From an uncultured Pseudomonadota bacterium (GTDB lineage: Bacteria > Myxococcota_A > UBA796 > SXON01), in the NCBI GenBank assembly GCA_903900265.1, contig CAIUMM010000121.1, positions 35,269 through 99,268 on the forward strand: a stretch of 64,000 bases of DNA, given 5' to 3'. Under the pieces are notes generated by a model. The model was not told where the DNA came from. It did not search any database and was given only the letters and a program-made list of their open reading frames with translations. Of the stretch, positions 46,310 to 57,948 are shown one piece after another. How positions within the stretch are numbered: the stretch's first letter is position 1; each line of letters begins with the position of its first letter. The translations under genes were made by a program, and so were the position numbers.

Positions 46310-46578
46310 TCGCCCACCAGTTCATGACAGCCACAGCGCTCAAACCCGTCCGGAGCATGTCCGGGCGGCAACGGTACCGGGTCAAACCCACCCGCAAAAA
46401 ACGGCTGGCAACGCAGCACACGCTTGCCTCCGAGCCACAAGCCGCGCCACGGCCCCCACAAAGCCACGGCCTCAGCCGTATATTTGCTGCACGAAGGATA
46501 AAACCGGCAAACCGGAGGCATCCACCAGGAGATCGCGCGCTGGTAGGTGCGAATGCACGAAAGCACCAAGGTCTTCAC
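46306..46578 (-). CDS. yidD: membrane protein insertion efficiency factor YidD
   Basis: YQRAISWWMPPVCRFYPSCSKYTAEAV...G...G..L...R.LRCQPF..GG.DPVP. Confidence 0.9.
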   Translation of the reverse strand: MKTLVLSCIRTYQRAISWWMPPVCRFYPSCSKYTAEAVALWGPWRGLWLGGKRVLRCQPFFAGGFDPVPLPPGHAPDGFERCGCHELVGE

Positions 46579-46928
46579 GTGACCCTTCGGAAAAGGTCAC
46601 CGACCTCGGAGCAGATGCGCGCATAGCCAGCGTCGCCCGCACCCGGACGCGCCAAAAACACCAGATCGACGCTGCGTTCCACTGGAACGAGCGACCACAA
46701 GCTCCGCGTAGCCTCACGCAACCAGCGCTTGACGCGGTTGCGAACGACGGCGTTTCCCACCTTGCGGCTCACCGCGAACCCACAGCGGGACTCCGCACCA
46801 CCACCTGGCGCCCAGGCCAGCTGAAGGTGCGTGCCACGCGTACGACGGCCAACCGATTGCACCCGTGTGAAATCGGAGGATCGACGAAGCCGAACCCGCG
46901 TTGGCGGTTTCGGATTCAACGCTGCCAT
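46575..46928 (-). CDS. rnpA: ribonuclease P protein component
   Basis: RLRRSSDFTRV, GFAVSRKVGNAVVRNRVKRWLRE, and position between rpmH and yidD. The track ORF start (47153) is over-extended. Confidence 0.85.
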   Translation of the reverse strand: MAALNPKPPTRVRLRRSSDFTRVQSVGRRTRGTHLQLAWAPGGGAESRCGFAVSRKVGNAVVRNRVKRWLREATRSLWSLVPVERSVDLVFLARPGAGDAGYARICSEVGDLFRRVT

Positions 46929-46947
46929 GGGACCGCCGTGGGAAGGA

Positions 46948-47106
46948 TCAGGTACGCTTGTCGGCGATGGTGACGACGAGACGCTTCCTGCCCTTGGCCC
47001 GACGGCGGGCGAGGACAGCCCGACCGGAGGTGGTGGACATGCGCTCACGGAACCCGTGGGTACGCTTACGGCGCTTGTTGTGCGGCTGAAAAGTGCGCTT
47101 CGACAT
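46948..47106 (-). CDS. rpmH: 50S ribosomal protein L34
   Basis: [43 protein letters not shown]. Confidence 0.95.
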   Translation of the reverse strand: MSKRTFQPHNKRRKRTHGFRERMSTTSGRAVLARRRAKGRKRLVVTIADKRT

Positions 47107-47428
47107 GTGTGAACTCCGACCTGATGAACACTCGACGTCAAGACCGACGGCAAGCGGATATGGAAAAAGGCGCCGCGGGATATCTCTCCAGCAGCAGCTC
47201 GGCAAGTGACAACGTGTCGAATATTCTCAGTTAGTAGACGAATTAGCTAAAGAATTCGAAATCTCCCGTTCGGCGTAGCTGCTAGTTGCGGTACACGTCT
47301 CCCTTGAGGAAATACGCCGTTTCTGGTACACGTTTGCCCGAACAGCTGCCTCGAGCTTTCGCCATCCGATTCGCATCTGCGAAGCCCGGTGGCAAAGCGC
47401 AGGGGCAAGACGTGGATGTAGACAAAGC

Positions 47429-48766
47429 ATGGAACACTTCTGGTCGAACTTTTGTACGATCCTCGAATCGAAGATCGGCGATCGCGACATGGAGGCCTGG
47501 GTGCGCCCTGGTCTCTTCCTCGTGTCGTTGTTGCCGAACGTGGATGCGCCTGTGCGCGTGGTCTTTCGCACCAGCTCGCGCTGGCATCACGACTGGATCG
47601 CCGAAAACCTCTACGCGGAGATCGTCGGAACCTGCACCGAGGTGCTCGGCCACACGGTAACGGTGGAGCTTCAAGGCGAAGGAACAGCGGCGGCAAGCCC
47701 CGTACCCACGTTGCAGCCCGCGCCGGCTCGTAAGCCCATCCCGACCGTGGACCGAGGGCTCGTTTTTGAAAACTTCGTCGTTGGAAAGTGCAACGAGTTC
47801 GCTCATGCTGCGTCCATCGGCGTCGCGGAAAATCCGGGTCACGTCTACAACCCGCTGTTCATCTACGGATCCACAGGTCTGGGCAAGACCCACCTCTCGC
47901 ACGCCATCGGCAACCGGGTGGAGCAGCTCCACCCGCACTTGACCGTCTGCTACCTCGCTGCTCAGCAATTCTTCGAGCAGATGGTGCGCGCGATCCAGAA
48001 CCGCGCCAACCTCGAGTTTCAAGAGCGCTTCCGCACCGACGTCGACGTGCTCATCCTCGATGACATCCAGTTTGTCGAAGGTCGAGAGCGCACCGAAGAG
48101 GAGCTGTTCCACATCTTCGAAGCGATGAGTTCCAACGGCAAGCAGATCATCATCACATCGGACGAGCCGCCCCGGAACCTCGGGAAGCTCGCGCCCCGCC
48201 TGCGCACGCGCTTCGAGCAAGGGCTGCTCGTCGACGTTCAACCCCCGGATGTAGAGACGATGATGGCCATCCTCGCCCGCAAAGCGGAAGCGATGCGCCT
48301 CGACATCCCCAGCGACGTCCAGTACACCATCGCCCAGCGCGTCCGTTCGAGCGTTCGCGAGCTTGAAGGCGTGCTCAAGCGTTTGTCAGCGCTGCATGCG
48401 TTCTACCGCACGCCGATCACCCTCGCGTTCTTGCACGAGCGGATGTCCGATCTGATCCCGCCGCCGGCCCCGCCGCCCACCGCCGATCGCATCGTCAACC
48501 GCGTGGCCGAGCACTACCATGTGCGCGTCAGCGACATCCTCGGCAATCGCCGCCCCGCCAACATCGCGTGGCCACGGCAGATGGCGATGTACCTGACCCG
48601 CAAGATCACGGCGCTGTCGTTCCCCGAGATCGGCCGAGCGTTCGGCAGGGACAACTCTACCGTTCAATATGCATGTAACAAAGTAGAAGAAAGCGCCGAT
48701 CGCGATCCGAACATCCGCGCTGAAATCGACCTCCTCGAGCGTCTTTGTCGGGGTCCCGTCGCCTGA
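47429..48766 (+). CDS. dnaA: chromosomal replication initiator DnaA
   Basis: FENFVVGKCNEFAHAA, Walker A YGSTGLGKTHL, LILDDIQF, and a C-terminal DNA-binding domain IAWPRQMAMYLTRKIT.LSFPEIGRAFG.RDNSTVQYA. Confidence 0.95.
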   Translation: MEHFWSNFCTILESKIGDRDMEAWVRPGLFLVSLLPNVDAPVRVVFRTSSRWHHDWIAENLYAEIVGTCTEVLGHTVTVELQGEGTAAASPVPTLQPAPARKPIPTVDRGLVFENFVVGKCNEFAHAASIGVAENPGHVYNPLFIYGSTGLGKTHLSHAIGNRVEQLHPHLTVCYLAAQQFFEQMVRAIQNRANLEFQERFRTDVDVLILDDIQFVEGRERTEEELFHIFEAMSSNGKQIIITSDEPPRNLGKLAPRLRTRFEQGLLVDVQPPDVETMMAILARKAEAMRLDIPSDVQYTIAQRVRSSVRELEGVLKRLSALHAFYRTPITLAFLHERMSDLIPPPAPPPTADRIVNRVAEHYHVRVSDILGNRRPANIAWPRQMAMYLTRKITALSFPEIGRAFGRDNSTVQYACNKVEESADRDPNIRAEIDLLERLCRGPVA

Positions 48767-49119
48767 GCCATCCGAGCGGTCCTCCTATGTACAACCCTGT
48801 GCATCGGTGGATGATGAGTAGTGGAAAGCCAGTGGATAGACCCCGGGTTACCCACAGCCTCCTTGAACGCCCCCCGGAGCTTAGGTACAAGGCGCTCGTT
48901 CGAACGCCCTCGCTCCCCTGCTTCTCCCTAATGAAACTTCCATAGAATCGAGTTTAGACCAAATCTTCTAAAGTTGTACCCTGCTCCTTAGGAGCACTAC
49001 TACAACAACCTGATCTCTAACTCCTTCTATACTTTCTCTTCTTTTGTTTCCCTCTGCGCTCTCGTCTCGATTCCCTGGTGCCGTTGATTCTGCACCCAGC
49101 CTGCTACCGGAGTACCTCG
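48767..49119. other. candidate oriC (dnaA-dnaN intergenic region: DnaA-box cluster plus low-GC unwinding region)
   Basis: A 353-bp non-coding spacer, much less GC-rich than its surroundings (especially ~48930-49060). It holds four DnaA-box-like 9-mers, and gene orientation diverges around this locus. Confidence 0.6.
48806..48856. promoter_or_regulatory. cluster of four DnaA-box-like sites
   Basis: Matches to TTATCCACA/TGTGGATAA: GGTGGATGA 48806-14 (7/9), AGTGGAAAG 48820-28 (6/9), AGTGGATAG 48831-39 (7/9), TTACCCACA 48848-56 (8/9, opposite orientation). Confidence 0.55.
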
Positions 49120-50241
49120 ATGGAATTCATCATCGCCCGTGACAGTTTCATCCAGGCCTTGTCCCGTGTCTCCGGGTTCGTAGACAAGAAAGGCGGCAAC
49201 AGCAGCATCTTGAGCTCCGTGTTGTTGCAGGCCGACAGCTCCGGCCTCCGCTACACTGGCACCGACAAGACCCTCACGGTGCTCGGTCAAGTCGCCGCCA
49301 CGGTCAGCCGGCCAGGCGAGGCCGCGGTGGACGCGAGCAACCTGCTCACCATCGTGAAGGCGATCTCCGGCGATACCGTCCACTGCGCTTCCGTAGACGG
49401 GCAGCGGCTCGAAGTGCGCGCGGGCGCTTCGACCTTCCGGCTGACCTCGCAGCCCGGTGGGGAGTTTCCGGTCACGCCGCCGCTCGACCAGAGCCGGTCG
49501 CTGCGGATCGCCCCGGATGCGCTGGCGCGCATCCTCGATCAGACCCTGTTCTCGGTGGCGGGGGACGACAATCGCTACGGCCTGAACGGCGCGCATTTTG
49601 AGCAGGTGACCGCTGCGGATGGCAGCACGATGCTGCGCGTCGTCGCGACCGACGGCAACCGCCTCTCGTGGAGCCAGGCTCCGTTCACCGGCGAGCTTGC
49701 GATCGGCAGGAAGTCGCTGGTCCCTCGCAAGGGGCTCGTAGAAGTGCGCCGCCTGCTGGAAGGCGTGAAGTCCGATGTGGAGATCGCCTTTGGCGAGCGG
49801 GCCGCGGTGGTGCGGCTCGACGATTGCACCATCCACATGCGCCTCCTGGAAGCCGATTTTCCCGATTACCGGCAGGTGCTGCCCAACGCCTTCAAGCGCA
49901 AGGCCGTCGTGACCCGCGTGGAGCTGTCCGAAGCGTTGAAGCGCGTGTTGATCTTCGCGCAGGACAGCTCGCGTTCGGTGAAGTTTGCCTGTGCAGATGA
50001 GACGATCACCTTGTCGTCGCGCAAGCTTGACGCGGGCGAATCCAAAGAGGAGGTTCGTATGGACCTTCAGGGCGAGCCGATCACCATGGGCTTCAACGGG
50101 CGCTTCTTGCAAGAGGTGCTCTCCGTCATCTCCAGCGAGCGCGTGCTGCTGGAGCTCGGCGATACGCTCTCGCCTTGCATCGTGAAGAGCACGGACTCCG
50201 CGGATGCCTTGTTCGTAGTGATGCCCGTTCGGTTGGACTGA
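49120..50241 (+). CDS. dnaN: DNA polymerase III beta sliding clamp
   Basis: MEFIIARDSFIQALSRVSGFVDKKGGNSSILSSVLLQA, with the ~373 aa length and position after dnaA. The track ORF start (49078) is over-extended. Confidence 0.9.
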   Translation: MEFIIARDSFIQALSRVSGFVDKKGGNSSILSSVLLQADSSGLRYTGTDKTLTVLGQVAATVSRPGEAAVDASNLLTIVKAISGDTVHCASVDGQRLEVRAGASTFRLTSQPGGEFPVTPPLDQSRSLRIAPDALARILDQTLFSVAGDDNRYGLNGAHFEQVTAADGSTMLRVVATDGNRLSWSQAPFTGELAIGRKSLVPRKGLVEVRRLLEGVKSDVEIAFGERAAVVRLDDCTIHMRLLEADFPDYRQVLPNAFKRKAVVTRVELSEALKRVLIFAQDSSRSVKFACADETITLSSRKLDAGESKEEVRMDLQGEPITMGFNGRFLQEVLSVISSERVLLELGDTLSPCIVKSTDSADALFVVMPVRLD

Positions 50242-50247
50242 AGCGCC

Positions 50248-51396
50248 ATGCGCGTCGTGCGGTTTCAGGCGCGGTCCTTCCGGAACCTCGGAGGGGCTGT
50301 CGTCGACGTCGATGCGCCGATGGTCGTATTCCACGGCATGAACGGCCAGGGCAAGACCAACGCGCTGGAGGCGTTGGGTCTGCTGGGGAGCTTGCGCAGC
50401 TTTCGAACTCCGCGGCTCGCAGACGCAATTCCGCGCGCCGGCGGAGCGTTTTTGCCAGAAGACGCCGCTGCGGGGGAGATGCGCGCTGCGTTGGACGTGC
50501 GTGCGCTGGTGCGCTCCGAGGGGCAATCCCGACAGTTTGTGTTTTTGGGAGGCGATGGCGCTCGCCGGCTACAACGCGAAGAACGCACGGTCGATGCCGT
50601 CACTTGGCTAACTTCCCTTCGCGCAAGCTGGTTTTCACCTGCAGACGTCGGCGTGGTGCGCGAAGAACCCTTGGCGCGTCGTGCGCTGCTGGATCGGACG
50701 ATCCTGACGCTCGATCCGACGTATCTGGCGCTCGCTCGGGATCATCGACGGGTGCTCGACCAAAAAGCAGCGTTGTACCGAAGTGGTAGGGCCTCGGACG
50801 CCGAGCTGGATGTACTCGATGCGCAGCTCGTGCCGCTCGGTGCGCGGGTCACCGATGCGCGGCGCAAAGGCGTCGATCGCATTCGCAGCGGTTTCGGAAC
50901 CATGTACGCGGAGATCGCTGGGGGAGAAACCGCCGGGGTGCGGTTGCGCTCGGCGTTGGGCGATGGAGACCTGCCCGAGCTGATCGAGCGCTACGCAGGG
51001 ATGGTCGCGGCGCAGCGCCCCATGGAGCGGGAACGCCGGCGTGTGCTGGGGGGTAGCCAGCGCGATGACCTCGTGTTTGAGGTCGCGGGGCGGCCAGCGC
51101 GCACCGATGCTTCCCAGGGCCAAGCGCGCTCGGTGGTCCTCGCGTGGAAGTTGGCGGAGATTCAAGCGGCTGCGGAAGGCGGAGAGGTGCCGCTCTTTTT
51201 GGTCGACGATCTGGGGAGTGAGCTCGACGCTACCCGCACCAGCGCGTTCGTTCGGCGCCTGCATGAGCTTGGGGCTCAGGTTTTTGTCAGCACCACCGAT
51301 GTTCGGGTCGTGCCTCGGGCGGCGTTGTCTAGCGGAGAAGTCTGCGTAGTTCGTGTAGAAGCTGGACAAATGCTGCCAAACGCAGAGGCTCGCTGA
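50248..51396 (+). CDS. recF: DNA replication and repair protein RecF
   Basis: FRNL.......DAPMVVFHGMNGQGKTNALEAL Walker A, an SMC-like signature ASQGQARS, and Walker B LFLVDDLGSELD. Confidence 0.9.
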   Translation: MRVVRFQARSFRNLGGAVVDVDAPMVVFHGMNGQGKTNALEALGLLGSLRSFRTPRLADAIPRAGGAFLPEDAAAGEMRAALDVRALVRSEGQSRQFVFLGGDGARRLQREERTVDAVTWLTSLRASWFSPADVGVVREEPLARRALLDRTILTLDPTYLALARDHRRVLDQKAALYRSGRASDAELDVLDAQLVPLGARVTDARRKGVDRIRSGFGTMYAEIAGGETAGVRLRSALGDGDLPELIERYAGMVAAQRPMERERRRVLGGSQRDDLVFEVAGRPARTDASQGQARSVVLAWKLAEIQAAAEGGEVPLFLVDDLGSELDATRTSAFVRRLHELGAQVFVSTTDVRVVPRAALSSGEVCVVRVEAGQMLPNAEAR

Positions 51397-51466
51397 CGCA
51401 ACGGCCTCCCTGTCGGACGGGGGGGGGACGGGTTATCCGAACGGGTCGTCCATGCGGAGTTTTTAG

Positions 51467-53932
<2,466 letters not shown>

Positions 53933-53978
53933 GCCTGCCATCGCCGGCGCGCACCCTTGATCTTACCGGAGGCTAAAA

Positions 53979-54971
53979 ATGGCAGGAAGCACCGTACTTG
54001 GCATGGGACACTACGTCCCGCCCCGCACCGTCACCAACGACGACCTCGCGGTGTTGATGGAGACCACCGACGAGTGGATCACCCAGCGCACCGGCATCAA
54101 AGAGCGTCACTGGATCGAAGGCGACGTCGGGGCGAGCGAGCTCGCCGAGCACGCCAGCCGCGAGGCCTTGGCCGAAGCCGGCCTGACCGCCGCGGACATC
54201 GATCTCGTGTTGTTCGCGACGCTCTCGCCGGACTTGAACTTCCCGGGCAGCGGCTGTTTGCTTCAGGCTCGGTTGGGGATCCCCGGCGTTCCCGCCATGG
54301 ACATCCGCAACCAGTGCACCGGCTTCCTGTATGGCTTGAAGACCGCGGACGCCTACATCCGCTCGGGTATGGCGCGAAATGTCCTCGTTGTCGGTAGCGA
54401 AGTCCATTCCACCGGGTTGGACATCTCCACCCGCGGTCGGGATGTGGCGGTGCTGTTCGGCGATGGCGCCGGCGCGGCCGTTGTGGGCGCCGCCTCCGAC
54501 GACTCGCGGGTGATCGACACCGAGCTGCACGCCGATGGCCGCTTCGCCGAGATCCTCATGGTCGAGGTGCCCGCCAGCCGGTTGAACCCGCGGCTGACCG
54601 TAGAGATGATGGAGGCCGGCCGGCACTATCCCAAGATGGATGGGCGCAGCGTGTTCAAGCACGCGTGCGAGCGGCTGCCCGAGGTGATTCAGAGCATCCT
54701 CCAGCGCAACGGCTACACCCTCGCCGACGTCGACGTGATGGTTCCCCATCAGGCCAACCTTCGCATCAACGAAATGGTCGCACGGCAGCTTGGTTTTCCC
54801 GCTGACAAAGTGGTCCACAACATCCAGCGCTACGGGAACACCACCGCGGCGAGCATCCCCATCGCGCTGCACGAAGCGGTGCAGCAGGGGCGCATCCAGA
54901 AGGGCCAGCTGGTGCTGCTCGCCGGGTTCGGTGCGGGTCTCACCTGGGGTGCGTCGCTGGTGCGCTGGTAA
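53979..54971 (+). CDS. fabH: 3-oxoacyl-ACP synthase III
   Basis: TNDDLAVLMETTDEWITQRTGIKERH, active-site C in NQCTGFLYGL, HQANLRI, GNTTAASIP. GGAGG precedes the ATG. Confidence 0.9.
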   Translation: MAGSTVLGMGHYVPPRTVTNDDLAVLMETTDEWITQRTGIKERHWIEGDVGASELAEHASREALAEAGLTAADIDLVLFATLSPDLNFPGSGCLLQARLGIPGVPAMDIRNQCTGFLYGLKTADAYIRSGMARNVLVVGSEVHSTGLDISTRGRDVAVLFGDGAGAAVVGAASDDSRVIDTELHADGRFAEILMVEVPASRLNPRLTVEMMEAGRHYPKMDGRSVFKHACERLPEVIQSILQRNGYTLADVDVMVPHQANLRINEMVARQLGFPADKVVHNIQRYGNTTAASIPIALHEAVQQGRIQKGQLVLLAGFGAGLTWGASLVRW

Positions 54972-54974
54972 CGA

Positions 54975-56021
54975 ATGGCAGAGCCCGCAGCAGCGTTGAA
55001 CCCAGGCGTAGCGTCTGGGGTAGGGTCCGCAGACTCCAGTCTGCTTTTTCGGTCCCGGGTGCTGTTGCTGACCGGTAAGGGCGGGACTGGAAAAACCACC
55101 CTCGCTGCCGCTACGGCGCGGTTCGCCGCTGCGCAGGGGCGCAAGACGCTGTTGTGCGAGCTCGACAACCAACGCCCGTCGCTCACGGCGATCTTCGGCA
55201 AGGTTCCGACCTATGAGCCGCAGCGCGTAGAGTCCGGCGCTCCGACCGGCGCCGGCAGCCGGGCCGCAGCTGCGCTCTCCATCTGCAACATCGAGTGGAT
55301 GCCCGCGCTCGACGACTGGCTCGCTGATCTGGTGGGGGTCGGTCGAATCGTTCGGATGATCATGAAGAACCGCATGATCAGCATCTTCCTCGAAGCCGCG
55401 CCGGGTGCGCGCGACTTGATGCTGCTGCACCGCGTCGTGCGCCTCGCCGAGCAGTTTGATCTGGTCGTCGTGGACATGCCCGCGTCGGGCAACGCCGCCG
55501 GGATGCTGTCGGTGGTTTCCACTGCGCGGCGCTTGTTCGACAGCGGTCCGATTCGGCGTTGCGCCGAGGAGATCGACGCGATGCTGCGGCGGCCCGACAC
55601 CAACCTCGTCGTCGTCTCGCTGCCGGAGGAGATGGTGGTCAACGAGACGATGGAGACGCGTGCGCGCATCGCGGCGGAGGTGCCGGGGCTGCGTCAGCCG
55701 TTGGTGCTGCTCAATCGCGCCACTCCGGCCTCGCTCACTCCGGGTGAACAAGAGCTGCTCTCGCGGTTGGACCAAGCGGATGTGGGGTCCGAAGCGCGCG
55801 AGCTGGTCGAGGCTGGGCTTTGGGAGGAGCGCCTCGAGCGCGCCACGGCCGAAGCGCTCACCCGCTTGCGCGGCGATGCCGGCCGATCCGGCCCAAGCGT
55901 CGTGGTGTTGCCGGTGCTGGGGCGTGGGGAAGGCGCGGCGAAGGTGGTCGGACAGCTGACCGCCGCGCTCGCGCGTCAGAGCCGCGCCCGGGTCGATCTG
56001 GTCGGCGAAGTGGTACGATGA
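54975..56021 (+). CDS. ArsA/Get3-like P-loop ATPase (deviant Walker A)
   Basis: LLLTGKGGTGKTTLAAATA and DLVVVDMPASG. No arsenic-resistance genes are adjacent. Confidence 0.65.
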   Translation: MAEPAAALNPGVASGVGSADSSLLFRSRVLLLTGKGGTGKTTLAAATARFAAAQGRKTLLCELDNQRPSLTAIFGKVPTYEPQRVESGAPTGAGSRAAAALSICNIEWMPALDDWLADLVGVGRIVRMIMKNRMISIFLEAAPGARDLMLLHRVVRLAEQFDLVVVDMPASGNAAGMLSVVSTARRLFDSGPIRRCAEEIDAMLRRPDTNLVVVSLPEEMVVNETMETRARIAAEVPGLRQPLVLLNRATPASLTPGEQELLSRLDQADVGSEARELVEAGLWEERLERATAEALTRLRGDAGRSGPSVVVLPVLGRGEGAAKVVGQLTAALARQSRARVDLVGEVVR

Positions 56022-57172
56022 AGCCGCCAAGTCCGTTGATCGCGCTGGCCAACGGGCAGCGCCTTTTGGTGTGTGTAGGCTCGGGCGGGGTCGGCAAGAC
56101 CACGACGGCTGCGTCGATCGGGCTCTGGGCGGCGCTCTCCGGCCGGCGCGTGCTGGTGCTCACCATCGATCCGGCGCGGCGACTGGCGAATTCGCTGGGG
56201 CTCTCGGAGATCGGCAACACCGAGGTGCGCATCCCGCTGGAGCGCTTGTTGGGCGATGGCGCGGCGCAGACCAAAGGGGAGCTGTGGGCGATGATGCTCG
56301 ATCCCAAGAGCACGCTGGACGATGTGATCTCCAAGGTCGCCAAAGACGCCCGCACCCGCGACGCGATCTTCCAGAACCGCATCTACCGATCCATCGCCGG
56401 GAGCTTCTCGGGGAGCCAAGAATACATGGCGACCGAGCGGCTTTATGACGTGTACGGTTCAGGGCGCTACGACCTGATCGTCCTCGACACGCCTCCGGTC
56501 AAGAACGCGCTGGACTTTCTGGAGGCGCCGGGACGGCTCGCCCGCTTCCTCGATCGGCAGGTCATGAAGTGGTTCCTGACCTCTGAAGAGGACGGCCCCT
56601 TCGGAAAGCGGCTGATGTTGAGCACCTCCGCGGTGGTCTACCGCTTGCTCGGCCACATCTTCGGCAAGGACTTCCTCGCTGAGCTGTCCGTGTTCTTCAC
56701 CTTGTTTCGGGATCTCTACGACGGCATGCGCGAGCGTCACGAGGCAGTCTCGCGGATCTTCGGCGATGCCGCCACCACGTTCGTGGTGGTGAGCGCGCCC
56801 AACGAGCCCTCGGTAGACGTCGCCAACTTTTTCCTTCAAGAGCTGCGCTCGCGGAAATTGCGCATCGGCGCGGTGGTGGTGAACCAGCTGCACCGCGCGC
56901 GCTTGCTGAACCCCGACGTGGACGCGCTGCTGGGTCGCAAGGCCCGAGAGATCATGCCGGATCTCGCCCCGCAGATGCTCGCCCGGCTTGGCGCCGCGCA
57001 TCGTCGTTTGCGCGAGCTTACGGCGTTGGAGGCTCACTGGGTTCGACACCTCGCCAACGAGGCGGCCGGGGTCCCGATGGTCGAGATCGACCGGCAGTCC
57101 GGAGAGGTGCATGACCTCGCTGGGCTGCTATCGCTGCATGATTGGCTGTTCGCCAAAGGTACTGATGTCTGA
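56018..57172 (+). CDS. ArsA/Get3-like P-loop ATPase
   Basis: LLVCVGSGGVGKTTTAASIG, VLTIDPARRLANSLGL, YDLIVLDTPP. ATGA overlap with the preceding ArsA-like gene. The track ORF start (55820) is over-extended. Confidence 0.75.
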   Translation: MKPPSPLIALANGQRLLVCVGSGGVGKTTTAASIGLWAALSGRRVLVLTIDPARRLANSLGLSEIGNTEVRIPLERLLGDGAAQTKGELWAMMLDPKSTLDDVISKVAKDARTRDAIFQNRIYRSIAGSFSGSQEYMATERLYDVYGSGRYDLIVLDTPPVKNALDFLEAPGRLARFLDRQVMKWFLTSEEDGPFGKRLMLSTSAVVYRLLGHIFGKDFLAELSVFFTLFRDLYDGMRERHEAVSRIFGDAATTFVVVSAPNEPSVDVANFFLQELRSRKLRIGAVVVNQLHRARLLNPDVDALLGRKAREIMPDLAPQMLARLGAAHRRLRELTALEAHWVRHLANEAAGVPMVEIDRQSGEVHDLAGLLSLHDWLFAKGTDV

Positions 57173-57211
57173 TCGCAAATTCCTACTCGACAGCGCGGAG
57201 GGTCTGCTATA

Positions 57212-57814
57212 GTGCCCCCAAGGTTCGGAGTCCGGTTGCTATCGCTCGCGTTGGTGTTTTTCGCCTGGGTGGTTCCAGCCAAAGCGTCTTCTGTCTTGGA
57301 ACCGCAGAATCGTGTGCACGTGGGCGTAAGCTACGTTGACGCTCCTTCTCCGTTCGGCATCACCGGCGGCTTTGACTCGCGGTTGACGCGCATCATCGCG
57401 ATGGACATCGGTGGTTTTGCCTCGGTGGCGCCGATGGCCCGCGGCATCGCTGCAGAGGACCTCGAATACTCTTCGTATTTTGAGCTGCGCCACGGCGTGT
57501 ACTTGATGCCGGGGATCCGCATCCCGCACCCCCAGCCGCGCACGTGGGCCTTTGACTTCTTCATCCGCGCCGGCGGCGGCGCCGTTTGGTTCGCCAACAC
57601 CGACCCCACGCACCCCGGCTTTGAACACAGCAATTACGTGGTCAGCCCCGGTCCTGCGGCGATGGCGGGCGGCGATGCACAGGTGCGCTTTGGCAGCCTC
57701 GGCCTACGTTTGTCAGGAAAAGCCGTCGGTTTCGGCGCATCTCGGGATGCCCTCGCAGAGTCTTGGTTCCTCGTGCGGAGTCAGTGGGCTGCCGAAGGCT
57801 TCTTTCAATGGTAG
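57212..57814 (+). CDS. putative outer-membrane beta-barrel protein
   Basis: Signal peptide ...LALVFFAWVVPAKASS, alternating hydrophobic pattern, and an aromatic C-terminus ...EGFFQW. GTG start. Confidence 0.5.
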   Translation: MPPRFGVRLLSLALVFFAWVVPAKASSVLEPQNRVHVGVSYVDAPSPFGITGGFDSRLTRIIAMDIGGFASVAPMARGIAAEDLEYSSYFELRHGVYLMPGIRIPHPQPRTWAFDFFIRAGGGAVWFANTDPTHPGFEHSNYVVSPGPAAMAGGDAQVRFGSLGLRLSGKAVGFGASRDALAESWFLVRSQWAAEGFFQW

Positions 57815-57948
57815 CGCTACCGGCTCCGAATTCTGATACACTTTGGTACTCGTGATCGGTTCTTTGTTTGTTGTTCCTTTCCTCGTCGGTCCGTGCACGT
57901 TCATCGTGTCTGGCTCGAATCCCGTCAACCACTCGCTAGTCAGGCCGA

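Noticed and set aside
51433-51441. A DnaA-box-like TTATCCGAA between recF and gyrB.
   Set aside because: It is a single 7/9 match with no neighbouring boxes, so it is easily a chance occurrence. It is not called as a feature.
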